DNA of 64,000 nucleotides from Chlorokybus atmophyticus (lineage: Eukaryota; Plantae; Mesostigma and Chlorokybus algae): the NCBI GenBank assembly GCA_009103225.1, contig RHPI01000671.1, positions 558,220 to 622,219 of the forward strand, written 5' to 3'. Positions within the stretch are counted from its first letter, which is position 1, and each line of letters opens with the position of its first letter. This document shows positions 11,985-25,484 of the stretch, piece after piece. Both the position numbers and the translations under genes were made by a program. A model generated the notes under the pieces. The model did not search any database, was not told the origin of the DNA, and saw only the letters and a list, made by a program, of their open reading frames with translations.

Positions 11985-12597
11985 CACGGACACCGCTAAC
12001 AACAACAACCTCCCAGCGCCTGTTGCCGCCCTTGCTTACATAAAGAACAACCCTCCCGCGATATAAGCAGCAGAGGTTGTTCAACAGATTGAAACCCTTT
12101 CACTGTTATGAAGAGTCTGTTCAGCCGTCCATTGGGTACGGCCCTTATCGGACGGCTCACTACAGGCAACGCCGTGCTGCAGAAAGTTCCGCGACCTTCT
12201 TGACCAATGACACGTTGCCACGACGTGACGGTGGCTGGATCCAGTTTCGGCTGTGGGGTCTGGATCAAACGAACCACTTCAACGGAGCGGGTTCCGCTAC
12301 TTGGTTAGGGTTACGGTAACGCCGCAATCTGGTTGGAGTGACTGTGGTTATTGTTGTCGTGGACGGTGTATTGGTTATTGTTGTCGTGGACGGTGGCTGT
12401 GTGCCCTTTGCGGAAGGTGCCGAGGGGTCAGCTTTGTTGCTACATGGTGCCATACTGTGGTTGCCAGGCTTAGGCACTAGGCCTTCAGGAGGCATTGCTG
12501 TGGTGCGGGCGGCAGCAGAGTGGGGCAGCATGCTGGGCGGCAAGCGGTGGCAAACTGGCTGCTGATCAGTGGAAGGAAATAGGAATAGAACGACTGC

Positions 12598-13852
12598 ATG
12601 GCAGCTTCCGGTGCCGGTGTTCGTAATGCTGATGCCTCGGTGGACACCAGCCGATGGCTGTGCGTGTATCCACAGGTGTGCTCTTGCTGCCTGTGCTCAA
12701 CAGGGAAAATCGACTGTCGCTGTGTTGGATATGCCATGGACAGTGACACTGCATGCTTACGTGCGTGTCACTAGTTGGGTACTTGTTGTTTAACTTCTTA
12801 CATGACAAGATCGCTTGGTGATTACACATTACGTAAAAGCCACGCGGACAACCGCCATGCTCGCTGTGTGTAATGCGATGTAACAGGGTGCATGCAAGCA
12901 TGCGCGTTGCGTAATCATTGCCTCATGGATCAAGAATGCATTGGGGTTGTCTTGACTTATACTTACTTTTCGGTACATACGTGGCCAGCAGTTCCTCAAG
13001 TGTGAACGTATATCAATCTGGGCACATTGCTGCTAGTCAGTCAGCAATTACCAGTTGTGGGCTTAGTCAGAGCATTGCACAGTTTGCAACATGCCTTATG
13101 GCATGGCAACTTGTAGTGAGGCACCTTGTTTTGTGTGGTCATTAGCAATGTGCAGTGGCCACAGTTCATTTTGCTCTGTGATCGCGTGCTTCACTTTTTG
13201 ATATGCAATGCTAGTACCCTTCATGTGCCAAGTTTTGAGCACTGATTGTTGTGGTCATGTCAGTACATTGATGCCAAGAAGACCATTCCTGAAGGACGAC
13301 GGATACCAGTGGACAAGGCCGTCATCAACCCGACCATAGGAGAGATGGCGGACTGCCTCAATTTCCTCAAGCTGCCTTTCCTGTTCGAGGTGCAGTGTGG
13401 TGGCAGTGCTACAACATTGCCAACAACCGACACATCAGCATGTCACGATCGTAGTCTATCACCCGGTGCAGACACAGTGCATGCTATGCCTACCAGCATA
13501 TAGTACTGCGCGGACTCAAACTTTGCGTCTTACAGCCGAATAAGCGCTACTCGAGGGATTGGATGGTCCCTGGTAGAGTGAAAGTCAACCTAAAGAGTGC
13601 GGATGGCAGCTGTATCAACCCCAACATTGCAACACGTATGCCCTACTGTGCTGTTGTGCTTGCTTTTGTTATGGCTATCATCGCTCATTATCATTTTGCA
13701 TGTCAGGCCAAGCGCTGTACTTGGAGCTCGGGCGGCTTGTACCGAAGCATCCCAGAAGACAGGGCAAAGACAGTGGACAAAGCAATCAGCAAGGCCCCTC
13801 GCAAGGCGGGCAGAGTGGCGGTAAAGGCAAGGGCGGGAAGAAGAAGCGTTGA
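12598..13852 (+). CDS. SRP19: Signal recognition particle 19 kDa protein
   Basis: Exons read MAASG...SRWLCVYPQ|YIDAKKTIPEGRRIPVDKAVINPTIGEMADCL...|PNKRYSRDWMVPGRVKVNLK...NPNIATR|QALYLELGRLVPKHP...KGGKKKR*. Confidence 0.95.
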
Positions 13853-14536
13853 CAACAGCATTGCTGTACCATGTATCACTCCACATGCTGTCTGCTTTGT
13901 TGCAGTGTTTAGCCATTCGCCAGCTTGTGAAGCCAATGCATCAGTGCATGAGCTGTGGCTTTGCTCAGCCGATCACCCACGCTGACTTAGGCAAGCTACT
14001 CAACGAACGCTGCTTCATGGCAACACTGTGGTGATTGGTAGGTAACATGTAGCTCACAGTATGTGGAAAAGTTCACGTTGGAGATTGCTCAGTCAATGAT
14101 GAGAGTGTGGTTGTAACATGTGTACGAGTACTATCTGTCACGCATAAGTCATGCTGTGTTGCAATGGCAAATTGTGCGCTCATACAAGGGGGCAAGATCA
14201 ATGCATATAATGCTCAATACTTGTTACCATCATGTTACTTCACAAGTGAGAATAGTCGTACAACACAAAATGAGTCGGGGTAGACTGATCTAAAACATTA
14301 GCATTCCCAACTTGCAATATGCGCAAATTGTGTACTTTGGTAGGAATGTACTGTTGCAACGCTGCCAATGTTGACTTCGTGATCGAATGCATAAGAAGGA
14401 GTGCAGTTGAATGCGCATGCCCTTGCAGATTGCCTGCATACATACAAAGTGGGATGTCAGGATATTCAAGCCAACAACTGCCCTAACGTAATGACACAAT
14501 AATGACACATAGCATGTACTCTTTGCTGTATGCCAA

Positions 14537-16710
14537 CTATAATCTACGCCTTCGTATTGACTCAAGAGGACTACACGTGTCCAATACAGTGATTGTTCGA
14601 GCATCGGCCACAACTACATGGCGAGCATGTATTGTGAAGCCAACATGTGTTTGTTCCAAGGTTGGGTCAAGTTTGCATACCGAGCCAGGAGGAATGAGAC
14701 TCCGGTCAATCAACTCATGAACTCCGTTGATTCTGCATAGCCAGCGCTCTTTGAAGGTTGTTGCATTTAGCAGCATCCAAGTGTAGCCGTCATTGCGTGC
14801 ATCGCATACTTGACCCATAAACCAGTTGCAGCTGGTGGCCGTATCAGTGAACTCGTACGCCTTCGGTGCATCAAGCTGTGTTTTGCTTCCGGCCCTGCCA
14901 TGGCACACCAATAGAGCTTTGTACAGCACCACGACACACGAAGGCATGTTGATCGCCTTGGGGAGGGGAAGCTCGTCCGCACTCAAAGCTCTGCTCGTTG
15001 CAGCACGAAGGTCATCTGGCAACGGCAAAATGTCACCGTTTTGGATATCTAATGACAATAGCTCAGCGTTATTCCCATCGAGAGAGCCCTTCACGCAAAG
15101 CAGCAGCTTTGTGTCCAACCCGGCATCCGACAATGTCACCAACCGGAAGTCCAGATCAAGTTCTTGCATGGAATGAACCCCTAACATTGAGAAGCCAGGC
15201 ACTGACTGGACGCTCAGGGTGCGCGGAGATTTATTACTCAGAACCACCACACGCCTGCTGTCCATATAGACGGGAATAGCCTTTAAGTTGGAGTTCTCAT
15301 TGCGAAGGCAGTTGGGCACGGTGCCGTACATGACCAGCGTTCAGCAACATCCCAATGCCAGAAGTCCCCGGAGCTAGAGTACACTGTGAGGAGCTGACCG
15401 TCCCACACCATTGCAGTGGCGTGATAGTAACCCTTAGTTTCGTAGGGACAAACGCTCTCACAATGATCAGTGCTCAAATCCCAGAGATGCAGCACATACG
15501 TGTACATCTGGCCCTCCTTCTCAAAACAGTAGAGGGTGGCAACAACTGCGCCGCAAAGCACCACCTTCGGCAATCTTGTTTCCCTGACCAGCGTGGTGCC
15601 TGGTGGGGATGCGTGTGACAGGAGGCAGTGTGGATGCAAGTGATGTTGGCGCTGTGCCACGCACCCAGATGGTGGCCAACCCGCCACACATTTGTGTAGT
15701 GCAACGAAGCGCCTGCGCCAGCTGCGTCCATCAGCATTGCTGTTGCAAAGTGATTGTGCCATTGCGCCGCTTGCTGGAAACTTCAGCTGATACAACTCTT
15801 TCCAGAGATTGTCATCGTGCGCAGCAGTCTTCCAATTGCTGTAAGTTACAAACAGTGTCAGCAGTTGAGTGCGGTTTGGACACGCACGCATACACGCACA
15901 CACATGCAGACACTTGCACACGCGCACATGCACACACCATGTCAGCAGTTGTAAACCTACACAGACAGCGTGTCAGCAGTTGTACGCGGCAATCAGTCAC
16001 TTACCGGCAGACTGCAGCCGCCCTTGCAGTCTCTTGCGCACCAACTTGCGTAAAGATCTGATGTAAGCAGTCCATCGGCAGTGTGGTCCAGTCAGGTGTA
16101 CCGTAGGCGTTCCGCGCCCTCTGTGCATTTGACAAGAAGCTTAAGGCCAGCTGTTTGCAATCCGAAGCCTGCCTAGCATGTCAGTTGACCGCATTCAACG
16201 CTTTCAACAAGCCGCTGCATGTGCTTGACAGGAAACTCTTTAGCCAACCATACCATGACCGCAATGCCGGAACTGAGTTTTTGTACAGCAAGCATGTCAG
16301 TCGATGCAACGAGTATAGTATAACGGGCTACTGTGGGATGTAACACAGCAGCGTATGGACTGCAAGCCGCACAGTTCCAACGTTTGCTGGGGAAGTCACG
16401 CTTACGTGAAGCACCGAGGCTATGCAGCCTAGAGCTAGGGCAAAGGGTTTGAGTAACTGTAGTGAGATGACAGCTGGTCGTGTAAGGTCCTTTCTGAAAC
16501 CTGCGCCCCTGACATGCTAGCTGACCAGTTCGGGGAAGTGTGCTGACCCAGCTGAATTTCGTTGAAACAGCCCCTGATAGCTATAGCTGTGGCTATGAGC
16601 CGCCAACATCAAGCCTTGGACTCAACAGAGCGGCATGCATACGCTGCCTTAAATTAAGGGCATACCTTGTGGAGCGGCTGGCTGTGCTCAAGCTTCATCT
16701 CCGCCGCCAT
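14537..16710 (-). pseudogene. F-box protein, copy A (most intact; one frameshift near 15335)
   Basis: F-box exon DWTTLPMDCLHQIFTQVGAQETARAAAVCR|intron|NWKTAAHDDNLWKELYQLKFP, then WD-like LHLWDL and FWHWDV. About 4 nt are missing relative to copy F at GCTGAACGC^TGGTC. The short putative first exon MAAEMKL (ATG 16710) is shared by all minus-strand copies. Confidence 0.85.
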
Positions 16711-17414
16711 TCGTTCTCCTGGGGCTTCCAAAGCGGCCTAGCTAGGCACGCCCACTAAGCAAGCATACACTTTCCATAGAAGCCCACTGTCCAGCATCAT
16801 GCTGTGCAGAGCAGTGCAGCTGCGCCTCCCTTGCACAGCAACAGCCGGAGCCTGGCATGTCATGCCAGACCATCAGCTGTGCTGCAAGGCCCAAGTAGCT
16901 GAAGCACGAGAAGCTGCAATGGGCGCTGTGCTCGTCCCCAAAGCTGATGATTAATGCCCGGCTGCGGGCGCTGTGCCTGCTCCGCGCGCACAAGGTTGTG
17001 TCTGTGGTCGTGCCATGTGAGGTATGCTAGAGAATACGGTTTCTTTCTTCTCCAAGGCTAATCGTACACTACCTCTGCACAACAACATACATCAGGTATA
17101 AGAATCCATAAGAACATTCTATGCACCAAGCTCACAATATATGCATGCCTATATAGAGCATTGTCCTCGATAGCTACATGTAGCGCAAGGAGGGGGCTTG
17201 CGTGCATTGCTGCCGCGGCTATTGACAAAATGGTAACGGCATATGTGCGCGGGACAACAAAACATATGCGCAAGGTTAAAGCGTTACCGTATTTACTTAA
17301 AAAGACGCCCCCATATTAAACATAAGCTCCCCACCCTTTTCCTCAAATGGGCCTCTAATCGAGCCTATTGTTGCCCATAACGGCGTGTTCTACCATCCCC
17401 CGCCCGCCCGCCCG

Positions 17415-17628
17415 NNNNNNNNNNNNNNNNNNNNNNNNNNNNNNNNNNNNNNNNNNNNNNNNNNNNNNNNNNNNNNNNNNNNNNNNNNNNNNNNNNNNNN
17501 NNNNNNNNNNNNNNNNNNNNNNNNNNNNNNNNNNNNNNNNNNNNNNNNNNNNNNNNNNNNNNNNNNNNNNNNNNNNNNNNNNNNNNNNNNNNNNNNNNNN
17601 NNNNNNNNNNNNNNNNNNNNNNNNNNNN
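17415..17628. other. Assembly gap next to a poly-C tract (similar gaps at 21019-21124 and 24402-24691)
   Basis: N runs flanked by C or G homopolymers. Confidence 0.9.
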
Positions 17629-18474
17629 CCCCCCCCCCCCCCCCCCCTCCGTTCTTGCTCGGGGGGGTTTTATATAATGGACCCCACATGGCACGAAAGC
17701 TCGGCTTCAATATATATATAGGTGCCATGTGAGATTATTATGGCATATCGCACGAACACAAGCCAAACAGAACGCAACACTGACCGTTCCAATGTGCATA
17801 CCACGCTACAGCGTTAGTGGTATTAATGGCGAGATGCACAATTTTGGTCTACGCGGCGTAGATAAACCAACTCTTCTGAATGTTAAAGCCTCGCCAATCG
17901 ACAATACCAATAACGTGCGTGCGTCACGAGAGGTTTGCGTGACATTGCAATTATTTATTGCATTTTGCACATTGCAGGACAGCTTGCCTAGCAGCATGCA
18001 TCGTACCAGCATGGCTGTTTATGCAACGGGGTTATCAAGTTATTTCACAATAACCGCAGAAATAAGCAATAAAGCACCCCTTTTGAATACAACTTGCACC
18101 ATATCATTTTATCGCAGTGCGTACAATACATTTTAAAACATGTTTGATGGAAAGGACAATTACGTCATCTACGTAGCACATGTTAAAAGTGCGGAACCCT
18201 TGTATGTAACACTCGGACAGCTCGTGGCCCACAAGCATTGTATATCTATGTGATTGCTTCAATTGTCATTACAGTTTTTGCCTTTGTAGTGATATGCACA
18301 TGAACAAGAGTGAACTTATGTCAGTGCTAGCGTATGCACAATATTCATCTCATGTTTAATGTACAAGCGGGACATCGAGAGACTTAAAGCCATCAATTGC
18401 ATCGATGCAACATCGCATGTATTCCGTTATATAGATATGCATTACGCCCTATGAACTGAAGAGGTCATATGTGT

Positions 18475-21291
18475 TCAATACAGTGATCGATTAGCCACAA
18501 CTACATGTCGATCGTGCAACGTGAAGTCAAAGCATGGCCGTCCGATCATGTATGGGTCATATGCCAATACCAAACCAGGAGGAATGACGTTCAAATCAAG
18601 TAACTCATAAGCGCCGTTGATGTTGCATAGCCAATGTTCTTTGAAGGTGGTCGTGTTCAGCAGCATCCAAGTGTAGCCGCCGTTGCGTGCATCAGTTACC
18701 TGACCCATGAACCAATTGGAGTTGGTGGCGATATCTATGACATTGTACGCCTTCTGTACGTCAAGCTGTGTATTGCTCCTGGTCTTGCCATCGCACACCA
18801 ATTGAGTTTTAAACACCATAATGACACATGAAGGCATGTCAATGGCCTGTTTAAACTCCACCGGCGCTTCGCACAAAGCTCTACTTGCCGCGGCACAAAG
18901 GTCATGTGGCAGCGTTGACATGTCATCACTACATAGTGGTATATGAATGGTGCCGCACAACAGCTCACGCATGCGCTCATGAGGTTGAGGAAAGCGCTTC
19001 GCGTAAAGCAACAGCTTCATCTTCAACCCGCCATCCGACATTGTCAACAACAAGTTGACTAGATCCGGATTTCCTTCCAGAGAATTCCTAACGTCGAGAA
19101 GCCAGGCATTGACTGAACACTTACAATGCACGGATTAGTACTTCGAACGACCACACGCCTGCGGTCCATGTAGACGGGACCTCCCAGTTGGAGTTGTTAT
19201 CGCGATAGTTAGGCACAATGCCATAAGTGACCATGGTGCTTCGAGCAATATCCCATTGCCAAAAACATCCGGAGATGCAGTATACTATCATAAGCTGACC
19301 GTCCCACACCATTGCAGCAAAGTTGTGCATCTCTTAGTGTTACGAAAGTGAACGCTCTTACACATATCGGTGTTCAAGTCCCTAAAATGCAGCACATACG
19401 TGTCCACCCAATGCTCCACCATATCATAGTAGAGGCTGGCAACAACCGTGCCGCAAAGAACCACTCGCGGTGTTCCCATGCCGCGTGATGGGAGTGCGTG
19501 TGATAGGAGACAACGTGCCAGCAACGTATGGTGACACTGTGCCACGCGCCCAGATGACGGCCAATTTGCCACGCATTTGTGCAGTGCAATAACTTTGAAA
19601 GCGCCTGCGCCAGCTGCATTCATCAAGAGTATTGTTGTGTAAAACAAGTGTGCCATTGCGCCGCTCGCTGGAAACTTCGACCAATACCACTACTCCCTTA
19701 GTTTGTCATTATTTGCTTCAGTCTTCTAGTTGCTGGGAGTTACAAGCAGTGTCAGCAGTTGAGTGCGGCAGCAGCACACACACGCAAGTAACACACATGT
19801 AGCTTGCGCATACACATGCTCAGGCATGCAAGCACGCACGCTTGCATGCCTATGCGTGCAATATGTATGGGTATGCTGACATGGTGCATGCGCATGCACC
19901 ACATGTATTGGACTAATCCAGCACACAACTCCTGCTCCCTCTCCCTGCAGGTGCAGCCCTGACGCCTTGCTGCGTCACATGCCCATGCCCATGCCCATCC
20001 CATTGCACGGCACACATACACTTAGGGTGTAGGGTTGGTAGATGTAATGGATGAGCTATCCCCCCGGCCTAAATTTCCGCTTGTGCTAATGTTTATGCTA
20101 ATGTATGTGGTGGTTGTCCGTTGTCCATTGCATGTAAATGTTATACCTTATACAACATGTATAGTCAATAATCACTTACATACCGACACACTGCAGCCGC
20201 CCTTGCCGTCTCTTGCGCACCGATCTGAAAATGTGGTGCGAGCAATTCAACGGCAGTGCTGTCCAATAGGATGCGAGGCTATTATCATACGCCTCCTTTG
20301 CACCGGACAAATATCACAAGATCAGCTGTATATGCAGAGGCAATGCCAAAGCATGGCACATTAATGACTTTCGCACGTTGCTTACTCCTGGGTAGATTGA
20401 TCGATGCAACCGCCCCAACTTATGACCTATTGAACATTTAAACATACAGAGTTTAAAGGTCAACTCATAAGAGCTGCACTGCCGCAGCACTTGCTGTAAG
20501 GCATGCATGCATGCATGCATGCATGCATGGGTTGAACTCCGCTTAAGGCGTGGTTTTAGCAGCTAGATACAGGAAACGCAACTACATACGAGCTCACTGT
20601 GGTCATGACAACACAAGTCGCTGTTCAAAGATAGGTCAGCATAAACGCATGAGTTATGTATAACACACGACACTCTGCAGCCAGTTGTAGCATGACCACA
20701 ATGCTGGAATTGAGAGTGCTTGCAAGCAGTTCAGATCATGCAATACAGCAGCTTGCGTATGGACTGCAAATCGCACATTCTTAGCAACACAAGTATCAGG
20801 GTCAGCTGAGAGCTCACACAAATGGCACACACTAAAGCTGTTAGGCATTATGCCAGGTGCTAGCGGACTCCAACAGCAACTGTGTGAATTGCTCAAGTGA
20901 AGCGATTGTAACGACAGCAGATTTGTGTGAGTCATATCTGTTTGCCGCCGCCCCCCTCCCCCCTCAAAAAAACAAAACTGACAGGCTAGCTGACTGAAGG
21001 GGGGGGGGGGGGGGGGGGNNNNNNNNNNNNNNNNNNNNNNNNNNNNNNNNNNNNNNNNNNNNNNNNNNNNNNNNNNNNNNNNNNNNNNNNNNNNNNNNNN
21101 NNNNNNNNNNNNNNNNNNNNNNNNGGGGGGGGGGGGGGGGGGGGGGGGAGCATGCCAACAGTCTCTGGGATTGTGGCTATGAGCTACTAACATCAAGTCT
21201 TTAGGCCAACAGATTGGCATGCACATACCATCCTGAAGGTAGCCATACCTGTGTGGGCAGCTGGCTGCTAAAGCTTCATCTGCGCCGCCAT
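18475..21291 (-). pseudogene. F-box protein, copy B
   Basis: Clear paralogue (AIDMPSCV, NWFMGQV, GYTWMLLNTT) with several frameshifts and stops, an expanded intron and an assembly gap. Confidence 0.85.
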
Positions 21292-22202
21292 CCTTTCTCT
21301 CCTACGGCGTGCGAGCAGCTAGCCTAAGCACGCTCGCTGAGCTTACGTTGAAACGCCCAGTTGAAATTTCAACCCACGATTGAATCTTCAAAATCTAGTA
21401 TATACATTGTGGCATGTGCAAACGCACATTGTCAAACGACCAAATTATAACCATTGGTGTTGTGCAATCTATATTGTTCGATTACAGCTATAATTAATAC
21501 ACTTGCTAAATTATGTTTAGCTGCAACATTTCGTTACCTATTGTTTACGCGCAAATGGACTTTTCCATGATGACCAAAAAATAGCCCACAAGTGTTCGCC
21601 AAATGTGCCCATTATGACAAATAATGTTAGCTAGCTTGGTCTCGCAATACACGCTACCTAACTACCATGAAGCCCAAGTCTCAGAAAGAGAATATGAAAC
21701 AGTAAAGCATTATGGGGTTGTTGACGGGTTGTTATGGAGAGTTTTTACTTCAACGGAGGCTTTCAATATGACATACTGGCATCGACAATGCTCGGGTGGC
21801 TCGACCGGTAAACGGTTGTCAAGCCCAGTAAGCGCATGAGCCCTCAAGCACAAATGTTCTCGCTTCATATATAGCATACTGTGCATTGTTTGCGTCATGC
21901 TTGCTATGCTTGTAATCCTGGTAACCACTATTGAAGACTTTGCTGTTTTGCTTCTTGTGCGTACATAGCCCGCAATGCAGTTTGATGAAGTCATCTTTTC
22001 ATTGCATTCACCATTGTTTAAGTAATGCATAAAAACGCTTGCATGACACAAGTGCATGTGTACACATGTGAACTCGCCTACACCACGCGATCAGAATACT
22101 AGCTGCTTGAAGCCAACAATTGTGGTGAGGAAGTTGCCATGATGCGGAGCGACCCCAACGCATGTACACTCATATCATACTAGTTATATGTACGCCCTCT
22201 TA

Positions 22203-24902
22203 TCACAAAAGGCCAATGGTGTGAAATACAGTGATCGCTTGAGCATCGGCAACAACTGTGTGTCGACCATGTAATATGAAGCCAACGCGTGGTGGTGGCT
22301 CGCAAGATGGGGAAACTTGCGATACCCAGCCAGGACGAACAAGGCCATGATCAAGCATCCGATAAGCACCATTGACTCTGCAAAGCCAACACTCGTTTAA
22401 AGTGATTGTATTCAGCAGCATCCAAGCGTGGCCGTCGTTGCATCCATCAGACACTTGGCCCGTCAACCAGTTGCCGCTGGTGGCAATATGCATGAACATG
22501 TACCCCTTCGGGGTGTGCAGTTGTGTAATGCTCCCGGCCTTGCCATAGCACTCAACTAGACCTCGGAACAGCATCACCACGCACGAAGGCATGTTAATAG
22601 CCTTCCTAAACAATTCAGTATTGTACGCGCACAGAAGTCTGCTCGCCGCGGCAACAAGGTCATGCGGCAGTGGCATCACGTCACCGTGACAGATGGTTAC
22701 CGGAATTAGCTCAGGCTTGTCGTCCTGAGCGCGAGACATCTCCTAATAAAGCAGCAACAACAGTTTCATGTCCAACCCGGCGTTTAATGTTGTCACCAAT
22801 CGGTCGTCCGGAGACCAGTCCACATAATGAACCCTCAATGTTGCAAAGTCAGGCACTGACTGAACACTCACGCTGCGCGGAGGGTCACTACCCAGAAGAA
22901 CCACACGCCTGCTGTCAAAGTAGACAGGTTTGAAGTTGGAGTACACATTGCGACAAGCGGCCACGATGTCGTTTGCAACCATAGTGCGCCGAGTGACATC
23001 CCAATGCCAGAAGTATCCAGAGGTAGTGTACACTGCGAGGAGTTAACCATCCCACACCATTGCAGTGTTGTCATAGCCGTACTGTTTCTCGTGAAGGCAG
23101 ACGCTCTCGCACTGATCAGTGTTCAAGTCCCAGGAAGATGCAGCACGTGCGCGTACACAAAGTCTTCCCCATCATAACATATGTAGAGGGCGGCAACAAC
23201 TGTGCCGTGCAAAGCACCGCTTTCGGTCTTCCTGCGATCCGCGTGGCGCATGGTGGCAATACGGGTGACAAGAGACAGTGTGGCTGCAAGTGATGTTGGC
23301 GCTGTTCCATGGGCCTGACGGACGGCCAATCCGCCACGCTTGTGTAGCGCAATAAAGCGCCTGCGCCAGCTGTGTCCATCAGCATCATTGTTGCAAGAAA
23401 CAGTGTGCCATTGCGCCGTCCGCTGGAAACTGCAGCTGATACCACTGTTTCCAAAAGTTGTCATCATATGCGGCAGCCTTTCAACTGCTTTGAGGTACGA
23501 AGGTGTCAGCAGTTGAGTGTGGCTACAGCATACGCGCATGCAAACCCGTGTGCACGCGCGCGCGCGCACTTGCACCATGTCTGCAGTTGTACACAACAAT
23601 CAGTCACTCACCGGCAGACTGCAGCTGCCCTTGCAGTCTCTCTGGCACCTGACTTGTATGAATATGTGAATTAAGCAGTCCATTGGCAGTGTAGTCCAGT
23701 CAAGTGTTCGGTGATCATTGCGCGCCCTCTGTGCATTGCATAAACTCAAGGGCAGCTGTTTGTAGATGCAACTCGAAAGTCTAGCTGGCAAGACCCTTGA
23801 AATACTTCAATACTTCAATGAGCCGCCCCCTAACTACTGCATTTGTGCGCATGCAAGGAGAACTAGCCAGCAAAGTGTGCATTTGCAGTTCATCAATCTG
23901 TTGCATAAGGAATCTGAGTGCTATTTGGTATGAGCTGCAACAGCGCAGCGCTTGCTATGTTGCATGCAATGCATGGTTTCCAACTCAGCACAAGGCGTGT
24001 CCATTGCATGACCACAAGGGTTTGTGCAGCTGCATGTTCTGACTAACGCTACTACTGAGGCTGAGGCAAAAAAGCCACTGCGTTCCTTACAGAATAGCAG
24101 GATGATGAACGTCATGTGTGTGACATGACACTCTGTAGCCAGCCATAGCGCGACCACAATGCTGATACTGTATGTTTGAGGAGCCATGCCCAACACAGCA
24201 GCGTACAGACTGCAAGCCGCACATTCCGAAGGTCTGCTAGAAATATTGGGTCTAGCCGGGAGCTCACATGCACGTCAAACACTGAAGCTATGCAGCATGG
24301 AGCTAGGTGCTACAGCAACTGCGGGATATGCTCTCAAAGGAAAACGACTGTGTGACTGTCGCGTGATGCAGCTGCCGCCCCCCCCCCCCCCCCCCCCCCC
24401 CNNNNNNNNNNNNNNNNNNNNNNNNNNNNNNNNNNNNNNNNNNNNNNNNNNNNNNNNNNNNNNNNNNNNNNNNNNNNNNNNNNNNNNNNNNNNNNNNNNN
24501 NNNNNNNNNNNNNNNNNNNNNNNNNNNNNNNNNNNNNNNNNNNNNNNNNNNNNNNNNNNNNNNNNNNNNNNNNNNNNNNNNNNNNNNNNNNNNNNNNNNN
24601 NNNNNNNNNNNNNNNNNNNNNNNNNNNNNNNNNNNNNNNNNNNNNNNNNNNNNNNNNNNNNNNNNNNNNNNNNNNNNNNNNNNNNNNNNNNCCCCCCCCC
24701 TCCTCCCAATGACATGCTAGCTGACCAGTGGGGGGCAGCAGGTTAACCCAGTTGACAACACGCTCCCTGATAAGCTGTGGTTGTCGCCATAAGCTACCAC
24801 TAAGTCTTGGGCTCAACAAAGAGCGACATACATATCCCATCCTGAAAGTAGCCATACCTGATTGAGCAGCTGGCTGTGCTTGAGCTTCACCTGCGCCGCC
24901 AT
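22203..24902 (-). pseudogene. F-box protein, copy C
   Basis: Paralogue with a frameshifted F-box exon (LDWTTLPMDCLIHIF) and an in-frame TAG at 22743-22745. Confidence 0.85.
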
Positions 24903-25484
24903 TCGTTCTCCTCAAGCGTTCGAAGCGGCCTGATCAAGCACGCCCTGGTAAGCAAGAAAACTAGCTTCGGATGTGACTTCCCACTCTGCCAGCAGGCTGT
25001 GACGCTGTGCTTAGCAGCTGCCGCCTCCGCTAACAGCTGCTAAGCTTACACAGCAAGCTTGCACACAGGCAGAGCCTGCCTTGACCCCCAGCTGTCGCGC
25101 CAACGCCGTCGCCAGCCACAATCAAACACGCGACACAAGCCCGGAGCACGGCCTATGGCAGGCTGTGGATTCCTCGACACTAGCAACGTGCAGCCCACAT
25201 ACTACCAACGCAGACATGCTCCTCAGACCGAACTACATGCTGCTATGTGCACAACCTGTTCAATGAGTGTGTGTGTGTGTGGCAGCGTAGACTGATAATC
25301 ATTGCAACACTCGCTAACCGCTGTCTGCGAACACATACCGCAAACATGCCATGCGTGTCATGTGGCGAGAGTGACACGACGCACAAATGCTGACGGCGCG
25401 CACGCTGGCTAGAGAGCCAATGCAATGAATGTTGTGTAATGTGCTGTGCAGCGGGATGTGCGCATATGGTATGTGCGTGTGGGT

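Noticed and set aside
17365-24746. ORFs containing X runs and poly-P/poly-G
   Set aside because: They read through N gaps and homopolymers.
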